NCBI RefSeq assembly: GCF_006345805.1
Contig: NC_042999.1
Location: forward strand, 170,376,001 to 170,440,000
Length of the DNA stretch: 64,000 nt
Direction: 5' to 3'
Origin: Octopus sinensis
Lineage: Eukaryota
Position 1 is the first letter of the stretch; each line of letters begins with the position of its first letter. Under the pieces are notes generated by a model. It was not told the origin of the DNA. It ran no database searches and was given only the letters and a program-made list of their open reading frames with translations. Below are positions 11,823 through 25,940 of this stretch, piece after piece. Position numbers and translations under genes: made by a program.

Positions 11823-13823
11823 AACACACAGTTTTTTTCCCCTTTCGTATTCGTAGAAATATCTAAGTGAAATGGGCAATAAAACTATTAAATTTTCCAA
11901 TCATAAAATTGAACTATTCTTTTAAGTTTTCTTTTAAAATGCTTATGTCCCTTTAATTATTATCTTCTAGATTTTTTTTTCAGTCTATCAGGTCTTTCGA
12001 TTATTCGCTGATTTACAACTTAACTACTTTCATTTTTAGTTTGTGCCAGTATATCCGTGTAATAGAACCGCTTAGCTCGGTCATATTTATGTTTGAAACT
12101 TTTTTGCTGAATAGTGTGTTAAAGAAAATTATATACATCTACGTAAAGGACAGTTTCAATGGTAGTAAGAGTGGAAAAAGCGGGCAGCGAACTGATAGAG
12201 TCATTAGAGAGTCGGAGAAAATGCGATTTAGTATTTTCCCCAGCTCTCTACGTTCTATTTCAAATTTGCTTTTCATCTTTTCGGGGTCGATAAGATAAAT
12301 GAGCAATCAAATACGTACTCGACTAATTGCAAAATTGCTGGCCTTGTTTCTAAATCGGAAACTATTGTTAATGTTGGCAAACTGGCAGAATCGTTAGATT
12401 GCTGGGTTTGCAATTTTTATTCTATCTCTTTGCGTCCTGAGATCAAATCACGTCAGGACCAACATTGCCTTTCACTCTTTCTAGTTTGAATGGTTTTGAT
12501 TATAGGTCCGCTCGATCATGATAGCCACAGGCAGTGATGGCTCGTAGATAGAATTAGTCGGGGTGCTGCTTCAGAAAGTTTTTAGCCGTTGTTTTAATAT
12601 TTAATGTAAAAGGAAACAAACATGTAAAAAGAACATTTATACATAAACTTGATCTATTCACGCTTTAGCACTGCCGTGTAGCGTGTTCAATTTGTTTACT
12701 AAATACCGCTGTGAATTCCCCCTTGCTTTTCAAAAATCGCTTAAGCCTAAGGATTCTATAATATACAAGTATAAAGAAAGAATTAAAGAAAAAAAGGAAC
12801 TCATTATATTGAATGTTATCGATAATATCGAATGGAAATAGGAGGTGCTGCAGTAATATACTGTAATATACTGAAGAGGGTTGGTCAGATAGTTTGTGTG
12901 GAAGATGACAGAATTAAAAAGTGTGTTCGTTAAGGTCGACCACATTCTGAAAGAAAAATCTTTCACAAACCGCAGTTAAGAATACAAAGACTACCTTAAA
13001 TCTGTTCTGTGGAGAATTGATGAAAAATTCAATTGACAGCGCATCATGGAAATAAATTTCTCAATGTGGCCAAAAGTTTTGAAGAGAAATGCATAAATCA
13101 AAATAGGATCCAAGAAATCCTTTTAAATGCTGTAACCGGGTTTATTGTTTTAAGGCTGATATTGTTTACCCCCAGGGTCAAACGAATCAAAGAAATGTAA
13201 TAAATCATTGCCATTTGAAAGAATGTATGCCTCCCATCATATAACAAACATATTCTTTCTCTTGGTAGTCTGTACAAATTATTCTGTATTGCATTTAACT
13301 GATAGGAGACATCTCTATTACAGTTGTGGTAAAAACTGTAAGTGATCAGTTCTCATTGAAAAGCCTTGCTCAAACGCATTTGTCTCCCGTCACGTATCTA
13401 TATATGCATGAATATATGTGCGCTACATATGTACACATACACATACATACATATACACTGTTTTTACTGGTTCCTGCTGCAGTTTGTTGGCTTTGGAATT
13501 ATCAGAGCACCACCATATATGCATTTAGGTACATTTGTGTGTATATATGTGTATGAGTGTGTTTATACACATAAGTATATATGCAAGTTGCTCAGCTCAA
13601 TGTCAGCACTAATGACGTTCCAGTCATGACCATCTCATCTTTTACTCAGGTATAGTCTATTTAGAGCTACATTATTTAATATCCTTGTCTTTTTTTTTAA
13701 GACAGTAGGATCATTATTTGAAAGAGATTTGGTTACTATTTCTGTCAAGTCAACGACCACATAAGAGGCTCTCTTCTTGGCTCGTGCGCGTGTGTGTTTA
13801 TAAGAAGAATACTATAAATGTTC

Positions 13824-15021
13824 ATGCTTCTGTATTTCATGTTTCTGTATTCCATTATTGTTTTTTGTTTTTTTATATTCGTCCCTTTTGCTGTCCTGGT
13901 GTTCGTAGGCATTCGATCCTTCTTCCAGGAAATCTACGCTCCCAGCTTAGTTTTTCTAATGCTCGTTGCTTCGTTTTTCTTGGAGGGCTGGCCGTGATCT
14001 AGTAATCTCAAGATTAATCAGCCGAAATTACTACGATGATCCGGTTCTTGACTGAAGACTGAGGGTTTCGAATGTCCTGTCCGTGTTTATTGTATCGTCT
14101 TCGAAGAGTTATACGTTCTTGTCCATGTTGTATTTTTCTACATACCTTAACATATATTCCAGGCGCCACGTACCCTCTTAACATTAATGTGAGCACATAT
14201 TCTTAATAATTGGTACGACTCTCTGTTTGTCTCTCTCTCTCTCTCTCACTTTTACTTGATCTGTCCCCTTCTCTCTCTTTTCTCTCTACTCATCCTCTTT
14301 TTCTCTTCTCTTTCCCCTGATTCTTTGGTCTAATCTTCCCCTACCCTCCTAATTCTTTGTCTCGCTCTGCACTCACAGGTCAATCTTCGACACCCATCCC
14401 TTCTCCTCTCTGATTCCTTCTTTCTCTCTCTTCTCTCTCTTTGTTGCGTTTGTCCCTCCTCTCTCTCTCTCCTCTCTCTCTCTCTTCCTTTGCTTCTCTT
14501 TCTTTTCTTTTCTCTCTTCTCTGTCACGTGACTGCTGGCCGAAATCTGCCTTTCAGCTTCTCACCAGCGTCGCGTTAACATCGTTGTTTTTCGTCCGCCG
14601 CTAAGGCATCGCCGATAAGGCTCCTTTCCAATGCGCCAGAGAAAAAATTTGTTTGCTTGTTATCAGTCGTAAGACACTTGTTGTTGTTTTCACCGTTAAT
14701 GCTTCTGTATTTCATGTTTCTGTATTCCATTATTGTTTTTTGTTTTTTTATATTCGTCCCTTTTGCTGTCCTGGTGTTCGTAGGCATTCGATCCTTCTTC
14801 CAGGAAATCTACGCTCCCAGCTTAGTTTTTCTAATGCTCGTTGCTTAGTTTTTCTTGGAGGGCTGGCCGTGATCTAGTAATCTCAAGATTAATCAGCCGA
14901 AATTACTACGATGATCCGGTTCTTGACTGAAGACTGAGGGTTTCGAATGTCCTGTCCGTGTTTATTGTATCGTCTTCGAAGAGTTATACGTTCTTGTCCA
15001 TGTTGTATTTTTCTACATACC

Positions 15022-15025
<4 letters not shown>
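13824..15025. repeat. Pair of 327-bp near-identical direct repeats (13824-14150, 14699-15025) around a 548-bp spacer
   Basis: Both run ATGCTTCTGTATTTC...CTACATACCTTAA; very few differences by eye. Confidence 0.9.
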
Positions 15026-15095
<70 letters not shown>

Positions 15096-15423
15096 GAAGG
15101 CACTACATGAGCACTCACATCGCTAACAATAGAAATCGAAGATACTTCTGTACCACAGAACAGTCACAAATCTACTACAGGCATGGTAGGGAAAAAATAT
15201 ATATACGAGAGTTAAAGAATGGAGCAGATAAGATCCGGGCTACATCCGGGCTTCTTCAGACACAGAAACAAATAATACTAATAATATTATTTGCTTCTTT
15301 ATCTAAAGAATTTCTAATAGGAAATTTGTTACATCTTTTATCTAACATGCAAAACTTTGCAGTTCCTTTTAGCAAATGGTGAACAAATAATATCCTAAAA
15401 TTCCATCCATGGACTATTATTAT

Positions 15424-15470
<47 letters not shown>

Positions 15471-16135
15471 ATATTATTTCATATATCATTTCGACATTCT
15501 CGTGCAATATTTTGTTCAAGTGATTGTAATAAAATGTCGTGATAATTTCAATGATGTAAACATTTCTCAGGATTTGGTATTTTAGGTCTTTAATGATCAT
15601 AGCAAAGCGTAAAGAGTATTGCTTTCTCGGCAAGTATGCAACGTCTTGTAATCTTTGATTTTGTAGCGAAAGTCAAGACATCTATAAAAAAGAAAAACAC
15701 CAAAATTCTGCTTTTATGACTTAGAAGCAATTTTTGTTTGTTTTTAACGATCAGCTTATCTTTAAAATAGAAATATCGCCCCTATTGAACAATGGGTATC
15801 ATAATACCATTAACATAGAAAGTTGAATAAAATATATTCTATGTGGTATCAGTGATGCAAAAGACCATATATAAACTATAAATTGCACATTACTGTCAAA
15901 GTTACGTTGTTGTACTTAATACCCGACACTGAAGTTTTATGTCCATTAAGAATTCAAGAAGCCAAATAAAAACATGTTAACGAATGCATGTTAACACCTA
16001 AAATTGGCCATGGAGTAAGAAACTAAATGAAACCGCAGAAAACGGTAACTAATATTTTCGAATAGTGAATAGAACTTAGTGTTAACTAGATTAAAATGGA
16101 AATTGCTAAGTTAAAATTCTTATACGATTATACAA

Positions 16136-16171
<36 letters not shown>

Positions 16172-16642
16172 TCTCTCTCTTTTTCTCTTTTTCTATCTCC
16201 CTCCCTCTCTCTGTTTCTCTATCTCCCCTCTCTCTTTCTCTATCTCCTTCCCTCTCCCTCTTTCTCTCTCTCACACACACACACACACATATATACGCAT
16301 GACGGATTTCCATACAGATTCCGTCCACCGAATTCACTCACAAGGCTTTGGTTGGCCCGGTGCTATAGTAGAGGACACTTGTCCAAGATGCGGCGCAGTG
16401 GGACTGAAACTGAAATTATGTGGCTGCAAAGCGAGTTTCTCAACAACGCACCAGCCATTATATTTTTTTTATAGTTGAAAATGATACGAAGCAACGAAGA
16501 CTATTTTAACAAAATATCTTGTTCTAGAACCCTTCTCAGAAAAGAAAGAAAAGCACAAATAATCAGGTTTGACAGTTGCTGAAACGCAATGTGCATTGGC
16601 TGGAATTTTATCCCCAAATGACAAGCTTGTCACATTTATTAA

Positions 16643-17030
16643 TAACTAGCAGTATCACCCGGCGTTGCTCGGGTTTGTAAGGGAAATAACTATAAAGCAT
16701 TTTTAGAGAGTTATAGCCAAAAAATAGCAAAAAAATGGAAAAAAAATTATGGTAAATTTTTTTTGAGAGTTAAAAAGGTGGAGTTGCGTCCCCATGACAG
16801 TCTGTGGTTTGTGTTTCTGATTCTCGACCCCATGTCGAATTTATCGATTTTTTTCAGAACTGGGGGAACTTTTCAAAATTTTCGCTGCGTTCGTTTTGAA
16901 TTATGACATTGGGCTATGTGTGTGTCAAGTTTCATCAGAATCGGTTGAAAGCCGTGGTCAGGGTGAGGGTACAACCAAACAGACACACAGAAACACACAC
17001 AGACAAACTGCCGTTTATATATAGAGAGAT
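16643..17030 (+). mobile_element. Non-autonomous Helitron-like element (Lep1/DINE-1 style)
   Basis: 5' TAACTAGCAGTATC then hairpin CCCGG-CGTTGCT-CGGG; 3' ACAGAC repeats and TTTATATATAG; related copy at 49042-49432. Confidence 0.55.
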
Positions 17031-17272
17031 ACATTTGATTCTATCAATATAATTGAAGTAATACAAGACAATGTTCTGGAGTCATTTGATGAGTCTAGAA
17101 GCTTAGTATTACTTATTAAGGTAACTTCGATTTATTGTTTGGAGATAAGTTCGTTACTGAATGTCAAAAGAGTAACGCAGGGGAACGTTTGTAATAGATC
17201 ACCTCAGTCAGAACTGATGTAGGGGCTCCTATGATCGTAGACTAAACAACATCATTTATAGTTTGTTAATTA

Positions 17273-17528
17273 ATTTACATTATTTACATTTGACAGATAT
17301 TAGTTCTCATCTTGTTTGTTGTTAACACAACGTTTCGGCTGATATACCCACCAGCCTTCTTCAGGTGTCTTGGGGAAATTTCGAACCTGGGTTCTCATTC
17401 CTAAGGTATTTTTCGATGTTATTATTATTATTATCATTATCATTATTGTCACTGCTTGGAATCGAACTCGGAATCTTGGAGTTGGTAGCCCGTAGGCCAA
17501 ATATCCGTCGAATGTAAATAATGTAAAT
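17273..17528 (-). mobile_element. Inverted-repeat-bounded, Penelope-like/SINE-like element containing a hammerhead motif
   Basis: 29-bp inverted termini (17273-17301, 17500-17528; 2 mismatches); B-box GTTCGATTCC on the minus strand at 17458-17467; hammerhead at 17324-17369. Confidence 0.7.
17324..17369 (-). ncRNA. Type I minimal hammerhead ribozyme (Penelope-type, palindromic stem III)
   Basis: GACAC-CUGAAGAA-GGCUG-GUGGGUAUAU-CAGCC-GAAAC-GUU-GUGUU: stem I GACAC/GUGUU, stem II GGCUG/CAGCC, stem III palindrome ACGU, cleavage triplet GUU. Confidence 0.75.
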
Positions 17529-18199
17529 AATGTACATAATTCTTCATCTCTTAAATATAGAACTGTTTATTAATTGTTCTAAACTATGTCTCACAAGGTA
17601 CATGAGAGAATTCATGAATCTTATGAAGAGCCACGAAATCTCCAAATCGGTATTTGACTCAGTCGCATGAATGTTTTAATCTTTTGAAAAATTATTTTCA
17701 AGTGAATACAATTACAAAAATTTTGGGTGGCATATTTAAAAAATATTTTAAAGAGAAAATTACTTTAAAAGCGGTAAATATTTTGTAAAAGACCCGTTCG
17801 TAACCTCGGTGTGAAATAATTTTTTCCATAAGTTTTTTCGAGTGAATTCAACGTATCTCACCTCCAAAGATTCGGCTGCTATTTCTAGCACGCCCTGTTG
17901 CCAAGTAGCAGGTACATGCGATAAAGGACCCGAAATAGCTGTTACGTTGTAGCAGGGTGTGCAAGAAATAGCAGCCAAATTTTTCTTTTTCTAGGGATAG
18001 GAGCTGTTTACGCGTGATTTCGATTACACGTGATTCGTTGAAAGCATGCAAAATAACCGGGAAAAGAAGAAAAAAACACGAAATAAAACTCCGTTGGTGG
18101 GAATCGACAATCCAGGTGAAGTGTTTTCGAACAATTGCATCTTAGTACCTCTCAATCAAATGTTGAGAAGTATCGGTTCCACCTGTATCAGACGCTTCC

Positions 18200-18760
18200 C
18201 TGGAATCATAAAAGAGTACCGATCCTATAAGTGATGGTGCCAATGCCACTCATTTCCCGACTGAATTCCTTGATTCGGTTGAACTATCAAGACAGCGGCC
18301 ACATAAGCTGCAATTGAAATAAAAAAAAGGATCTCCCATAATTCTAATGAGAAACTTGAATCTTCCAAGCCTTTGTAATGGGATGCGTATAATCGTGGAA
18401 GAACTGCTCGACAATCTCAAAGTAGCGAGAATCAACAGAACCGCTTTCAGAAATGAAATCACTACGATACCAAGAATAACAATGAATCTCTCCGAAGGTG
18501 AGGATATCCCTTTGCAGCGAAGCCAATTCCCAGTTCAATCATGCTTCGCTATGACAATTCATAAAGCACAAGGACAAACTATGGACAACGTCTTGATTGA
18601 AGTGGAACGACCTGTAATTCAACACGGTCAACTGTATGTGGCTCTTAGTCGCGGAAGACGAAAGGAGAATGTCAGAGTGTTTTTGAAGGATACCCAGTCA
18701 ACTAAGAATGTTGTTATTAAAAGCTTTCTCTCGAGCAAACTGCAACAGCGTCAAAATGAG
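18200..18760 (+). mobile_element. Helitron RepHel fragment (PIF1-like helicase C-terminus)
   Basis: ILMRNLN...LCNG...IPRI...QRSQFPV..CFAMTIHKAQGQT...HGQLYVALSR motifs in ORF 18347-18808; upstream part is frameshifted. Confidence 0.85.
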
Positions 18761-18832
18761 AAAATATTCCTTCTGACGTCAGAACGTGAAAGGGAAAGGC
18801 AAAACTAATACAAGTAGGAATGATTTCCTTCA

Positions 18833-19220
18833 GTAGGAGTGGCTGTGTAGTAAGTAGTTTGCTTACCAAACACATGGTTCCGGGTTCAGTCCCACTACGT
18901 GGCACCTCTTCTACTATAGCCTCGGGTGGATCAAAGCCTTGTGAGTGAATTTGGTAGACGGAAACTGAAAGAAGCCCGTCGTATATATATATGTATGTGT
19001 GTGTATATGTTTGTGTGTCTGTGTTTGTCCTCCCAACATCGCTTGACAACCGATGCTGGTGTGTTTACGTCCCCGTAACTTAGCGGTTCGGCAAAAGAGA
19101 CCGATAGAATAAGTACTAGGCTTACAAAGAATAAGTCCTGGGGTCAACTTGCTCGACTAAAGACGGTGTTCCAGCATGGCCACAGTCAAATGACTGAAAC
19201 AAGTAAAAGAGTAAAAGAGT
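18833..19220 (+). mobile_element. tRNA-derived SINE, family A
   Basis: Colinear with 198-617. Confidence 0.85.
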
Positions 19221-19941
19221 TCAATACAATGTTGAATTCAGCTTCAATGTTTTTATAACTTGAACCGTCAGTGACCGTTTACGCGTGACATTGATGTCAC
19301 AGTTGTTGAAAGCATACGAAATAACCTGGAAAAAATACCTACGATACAAAACTCCGTTGGAGGTGAGATACGTTGAATGCATTCGAAAAAGCCTGTGAAA
19401 CAAATGATTTCACACTGAAATACAAACGTGTCCTTTACGAAATATTTAGCCGAGATGAGGACAGGCATACGATGAGACTGATAAAACAAGGATTGAGCGT
19501 CTGACAGAACAGAGGAAAAGAGAGAGACGTAGAAGAGATCAGGAATGGGACACTTGAAGAGCTGAACGTCTGGCGAAACAGAGTGAAAGAGACAAAAACA
19601 TGTGACGTCATGAATCGGATGCTCACGTGAATACAAGCGAAATAAAACAAGTTTTGGGTAAATCGGCGCACAGGTTACCGAGATACACGGGGGTTTTTTC
19701 GGGTGCCTCTTATAAGTAACCAAACCGGCGTGTAATGGGGAAAATGCTTTGAAAGTAAGGTACCACAGATTGATTAATTCATTTTACGCGAGAACGTTCG
19801 TGAACGTCCAGATTTATAAATATAAATACAAAATATGTGCAGTTACACACACACACACGTATATATGTGTGTGTGGGGGCTTGCGTGTAAGTGTATGTGT
19901 GTGTGGGGGCTTGCGTGTAAGTGTATGTGTGTATGTGAGTG

Positions 19942-19979
<38 letters not shown>

Positions 19980-19981
<2 letters not shown>

Positions 19982-20389
19982 TCTTTTTTTCTCTTTTTAC
20001 TTGTTTCAGTCATTTTGACTGCGGCCATGCTGGAGCACCGCCTTTAATCGAGCGACTCGACCCCGAGGCTTATTTTTTGTAAGCCTAGTACTTATTCTAT
20101 CGGTCTCTTTTGCCGAACCGCTAAGTGACGGGGACATAAACACACCAGCATCGGTTGTCAAGCAATGGTAGGGGGACAAACACACACACACAAACATACA
20201 CGCACATACATATATATACATATATACGACGGGCTTCTTTCAGTTTCTGTCTACCAAATCCACTCACAAGGCTTTGGTCGGCCCGAGGCTATAGTAGAAG
20301 ACACTTGCCCAAGGTGCCACGCAGTGGGACTGAACCCGGGACCATGTGGTTGGTAAACAAGCTACTTACCACACAGTCACTCCTGCGCC
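19980..20389 (-). mobile_element. tRNA-derived SINE, family A
   Basis: Reverse-complement copy of 198-617. Confidence 0.85.
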
Positions 20390-21610
20390 ACATATATATA
20401 TATATATCACGCACACGTACACATACACACACACACACACACCTACATACATACACTACACTTGTATACACACACACTTACATTCATACACACACACACC
20501 TACACAGCCATACCCTCACTCAGACACACACATCTACCTACACACACACAAACACACACAGACACACACCCATACATACATACATCTACACACACACGCC
20601 TACACACATACATACACACATACATAAACACACACACATACACATACACACACATACGCACACACACATATACTTATACACATGCACACACACACACATA
20701 CATACATACACCCATACACATACACACACACATACCTACATACTCCTATACGCACATACATACACACAGACATACACACATACACACTCACACAAACATA
20801 CACACACACATACTTACACACACACTCATCTGCACGCGCACACACATGCATGACAAACACCCATACACTCACACTCACATACGCACACACACACCTACAC
20901 TCCCACACACATACACACGCACCTACATACACACACGCACGCATACACACGCACACACACGCATACACACATACATTACACACGTACACACACACCTACA
21001 TACACATGCATGCACACACACACACAAACATGCACGGACACACCCAGACATACATACATACACCTATATACACACGCCCACACACCTACATACACACACA
21101 TATACACACGCCGACACACCTACATACACACACATGCATACACACACACACATGTACGCACATACACACACATATACGCACATACATATATACCCACACA
21201 CATGCACACACACACACACACATACGCACATGCATGCATGCATGCACACGCGCACACCTACACGCATACACACACACACACGCACGTACACATACATACA
21301 TACACACACGCATACATACACCCATACACATACATGCATTCTACACACACATACATACACACTCACACATACATACACACACACTCACTCACACACCTGT
21401 ATGTACGCGCGCACACATGCACATACACACACTTCCCCACATCCACACGTACATACATACACACTCATACACATACACACACACACACACACGGACATAC
21501 ATCTATGCACACACATATATACACACATACTCACATACATTCATCGGACACACTGCCACCCAGACATACACACAGACACACTCACACATCCACACACATA
21601 CATACTTACG
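20390..21610. repeat. Long degenerate (CA)/(CATA)-rich compound microsatellite
   Basis: Direct reading; source of the spurious His/Thr and Cys/Val ORFs. Confidence 0.95.
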
Positions 21611-22472
21611 CGCATACTCGCAGGCGCGCGCACACACGCGCTTGCGCCGGTTCGCGCACACATACGCGCCGCATGCACCTCGCTCTTGGACCCGACGAGA
21701 CCTCCCGCGCGTTCCTGGGACCGTCGCTTGTCGTTGGGTTTTCCCATGCCCGTCTCCGCGGGACCACTCTTCCATCTTCCCCTCAGCTGGAGTCCTTTTT
21801 CCTTAACCTCCCCCCCCTTTTTGTTACACACACGCGCACACATATACACACATTGCTTAAATATATACATTACTCTTACACACATTCAATATACTCGCCA
21901 TTAATACTACCACGACACTGGACACACACACACACTACCACTCAACACACGCTGGCACGCTACATACGCCCCCACCCCTTCCCCTCCCTCCCTTCCTCCT
22001 TCCTTCTTTTTCTTACTACTGACCTTTGTCTGCTATGCCGACCACTGTCTCGCCCTACCTCACACGCCTACACACAGACGCACACACTAACACATACATA
22101 TATTTTTTGTTTTTTTTATCTCGCCTCACACACACACATACACACACGCACACGCACACACTCACACATACACACACATCTGTTGCGTTACCAACCTTGT
22201 CTCCACTCTTTTGCCTTTAAAAACCTACTTTGCTCTTGTTATCGTAAACTTCCGCCTTCACCATGTGTAACTCGTAAACACCAGTCGTTTTTTTTCTCTA
22301 TCCCTGTTGCCCGCTTTGGGATCTTTCTTTCCTCTCTCTTCCTTCTTTATGTTTCCGACGAAGAGCTCCGCTCGAAACGTCATACCCTCCTGCTTCCATT
22401 TCCTGAGCGCCTATTAATAATAATACTGTAATTGTTCCATTGTTGTTGTTTTTTTGTTTTCCCGTTTGGATT

Positions 22473-22527
<55 letters not shown>

Positions 22528-22538
22528 ATATAGATATT

Positions 22539-22669
<131 letters not shown>

Positions 22670-25600
22670 CAGACAGATAGATAGGTAGATAGATAGATAG
22701 ATGTGTGTCTTTGTGTTTGTGTTTGTCCTCCACCACTGTTTGATAATTGGTGTTAGTTTGTTTACGTCCTCGCAACCGAGCAGTTCGGCAAAATTTACCG
22801 ATAGACTAAGTGCCAGGCTTAAAAACAAAAAAAGAAAGCAACAAATACTGGAGTTTATTCGTTCGACTAAAACCTTTCAAGGCGGTGCTCCAGCATGGCT
22901 GCAATCCAATCACTGAAACAAGTAAAGATAAAAGATATATATGATATATATAATATACTAGACTACTCCTGACCCATTGGGTCATCAATAGTTCAAGGTA
23001 CCCGAGAAAACCGCGTATCTCGGTTCTGTGGTCCGGATTACGCGAAACTCCTATAAATTACCTCGTATGAATTGTATATTTATTTATTTATTTATTTATC
23101 CCAAAGCAAATCTCGTATGGTCTCGTGTAGCATTGTGTATTCTCATCCCAGATGGAGACGAGTACCACCGTTCCAATGTGGCAGGCTTGATAATCGTTGA
23201 GAGATTTCTTTTTACATGAAACCATTGGTAGCTTTGTTAACCCACGAATAAATAAGTATAAAATATGTAAGTATAAAATCTGTGTGCGTGTGTGTATGTG
23301 TGTGTGTGTGTCTGTGTTATAGATAGATAGATATGTACATATATATACATAGGTCTACACTATCTTTTTTCTGGCTGTCTTATGACCTTTGACCACTAAT
23401 CTTATTCAACAGACTTGTGACAGTGTTGCACGGTTTCTTTCATCTTGAACAAATATCGTAGCAACTTAACTGTGACCGACCTCATTGCGATCCTCTTTAC
23501 TTGACATGTTAATGTTAAATTTTGTTGCACAAACGTAAAAAGCAATTTTAAAATATTTTTATTGAGTTGTAATTAATTTTTCACCACGATATACAGAAAT
23601 TGAAACATCTTGGTCATCTCGTACTTGGACTGCATCACAAAAGATTAAATCCGCTAAACTATCCAGGATCACCTTTGACCATCATAAATATTTTCTCATA
23701 ACGGTGAAGAGAAGAAAAATGGACGAACAACACGATGGAACAGACTAGTAAGTTATTAGCAGAAACGCAAGCTGAAGCACGCAGCCGCGACAGCTGAAGA
23801 CAAGTATTCAGTGTTCAGAATGTCACAACAGCATACCTACAACTCCGTCAGAAATTGATGGCTCAAGCAAGCAAACAAGCAAATTTGTACACTTAAGTAA
23901 ATCTGAACTTGAAAGACACTGGTGGTAGTTTATATTATTTGATATTCTCCATCAGTAAGGCAGAGAGAGGCTGGCAGAATTGGTAGCACGCCGGAAAAAT
24001 GCTTGGTGACATTTCATCTGTCTGTACATTCTAGGTTCAAATTCCGCCGAGGTCGACTTTGTCTTTCATCCTTTCGGAAGTCGATAAATTAAGTACCAGT
24101 TGTAATCGACTAGCATCCTTCCCTAAAATTCCTAGACTTGTGCCAAAATTTGACACCGATATTCTCCATCAGTATGGTGGCAAGCTGGCAAAACTTTGCC
24201 TTTCATCCTTTCGAGATCGATAAAATAAGTACCAGTTGCACTCTGGGGTCGATGTAATCTGCTACTCCTTCAAAATTTCAGGCCTTGTGTCTATAGAAGA
24301 AAGAATATTCTTCAACAATAAACCGTTCAATCTATTAATTTTTGAACAAGTCTTGTAACACGCCACACATTTTTCGTTTCTCCCCCTTCAGAAGAGCTCT
24401 AACGATATGTGAAAAAATTGTCTTGTCTCTTCACGGCATACACAACTCATTCCATTTTTTATAGGTGCATATATGGTTGTTTGGTTAACAGGTTTTCTTC
24501 GCAACCAGGTGGTTTCAGGGTCAGTTCCACTATGTGTCACTTTGAGCAAGTGTCTTCTGCTATAGCCTCGTCCCGATCAAAATACCCTATGAGTGAATTT
24601 CTTTGACGTAAACTGTGAGGAGCTCGTCTTCTGTGTGTGTGTGTGTGTGTGCGTGTGTGCGTGTGTGTGTGCGTGTGTGTGCGTGTGTGTGCGTATCTGG
24701 TTTAAAATAAGTCTTGGGATCGATTTCTTCGACTAACCTTACATGGAGGTGTTGCAACCTGGCTGCACTCCAGTGATTGAAGCAAATAAGAGATTTAATA
24801 AAGATTCAAAACCGAAAGCAAAAACAAAACAAAACAAAACAGAAAACTGCGTTTGTTGTCAAATTCGATGTCTTGATTTACCTTGAGATATTGTTTCTAC
24901 CGCGTTGGAGTTTGTTTTTAGGTTGGAACAGATCAGGTTATCTGTCTCAGATATTTATATTTCAGGTTATTTTTTTGTCGAATATCTTTCAGACAATTGT
25001 GTGCATCTGAAGCAATCTCGATAAAACGGAAGCTTTTTGTGTTGTAAGTGTTAAAAAGCCATGTCAATTTTCTTTGTTTATCAATAAAATCTCGAATTTT
25101 CGTAAAAGCCGCAGGAGTCTCGCTAGTTTTACTGAATTATAAACAACGGCATTTCTTTCATTCAATCGTAGCTAATTATCAGTCAATTTAAACAATGAAT
25201 ATTCATGATTAGCATCGTTTTCCGTTTAACCTTCATTTTCCATTTAGCATGTTGACGTTTATTGCTAGCAGAGGTCGCCGTGGTAGTCGTCGACGTCGTC
25301 AATTGGTTGAATCGTCGTTGTTGTTGTTGCTACTGGTGTGCTGTTGTTGTCGTTCAGCGCTGACTGAGAAGACCTATGATCAGAGGCTGTTCTAACCACG
25401 AACATTTTGTCTTTCTCTCAAACATTGTGTATCTACGTCATTTAGTGTGACATTCTTATTTCAAGTCGGTAGCGTGTAATTTGTGGGAGATTTGGCTGCT
25501 ATTTCAAACGGGTTAAGTGGGCGACTACATGGAAGCCATACACGTTAAATGGCGCAATAGAAGATTACCAAATCTCGATATCCATGTCGGTGCATTTTAA

Positions 25601-25940
25601 CCGATTATCAATATTAAGTACTTCACAGAATATCGTTGACGTTCTGGTGAAAGAAACTGCAGTACACTCCGGAAACAACTATTCTTATATTGCTTTCAAA
25701 TTTTGGCACAAGGCCAGCAATTTCGAGGGAAATTACATCGATTCTGTTGCTCAACTGGTACTTATTTTATCGAACCTGAAAGGATGAAAAACTGAAATCG
25801 ACCGCAGCGGGATTTGAACTCAAAACGTGAAGACGGATGAAGTGCCGCTAAGCATTTTGCCCGGCGCGCAAACGATTCTGCCAGCTCGCCGCCCTAATAA
25901 CTATTCTTACATTGACCAATGGTAATATGAATAATTTTAC

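Noticed and set aside
14010-14070. GAAA and CTGAAGA motifs in the 327-bp direct repeat, as a possible permuted hammerhead
   Set aside because: Stems I and II cannot be paired in register.
21610-21830. GC-rich island inside the CA tract
   Set aside because: No coherent ORF or motif; looks like degenerate repeat or low-quality sequence.
20155-22431. Long His/Thr-rich ORFs (up to 480 aa) and antisense Cys/Val ORFs
   Set aside because: Translations of a degenerate CA microsatellite, open in several frames at once.
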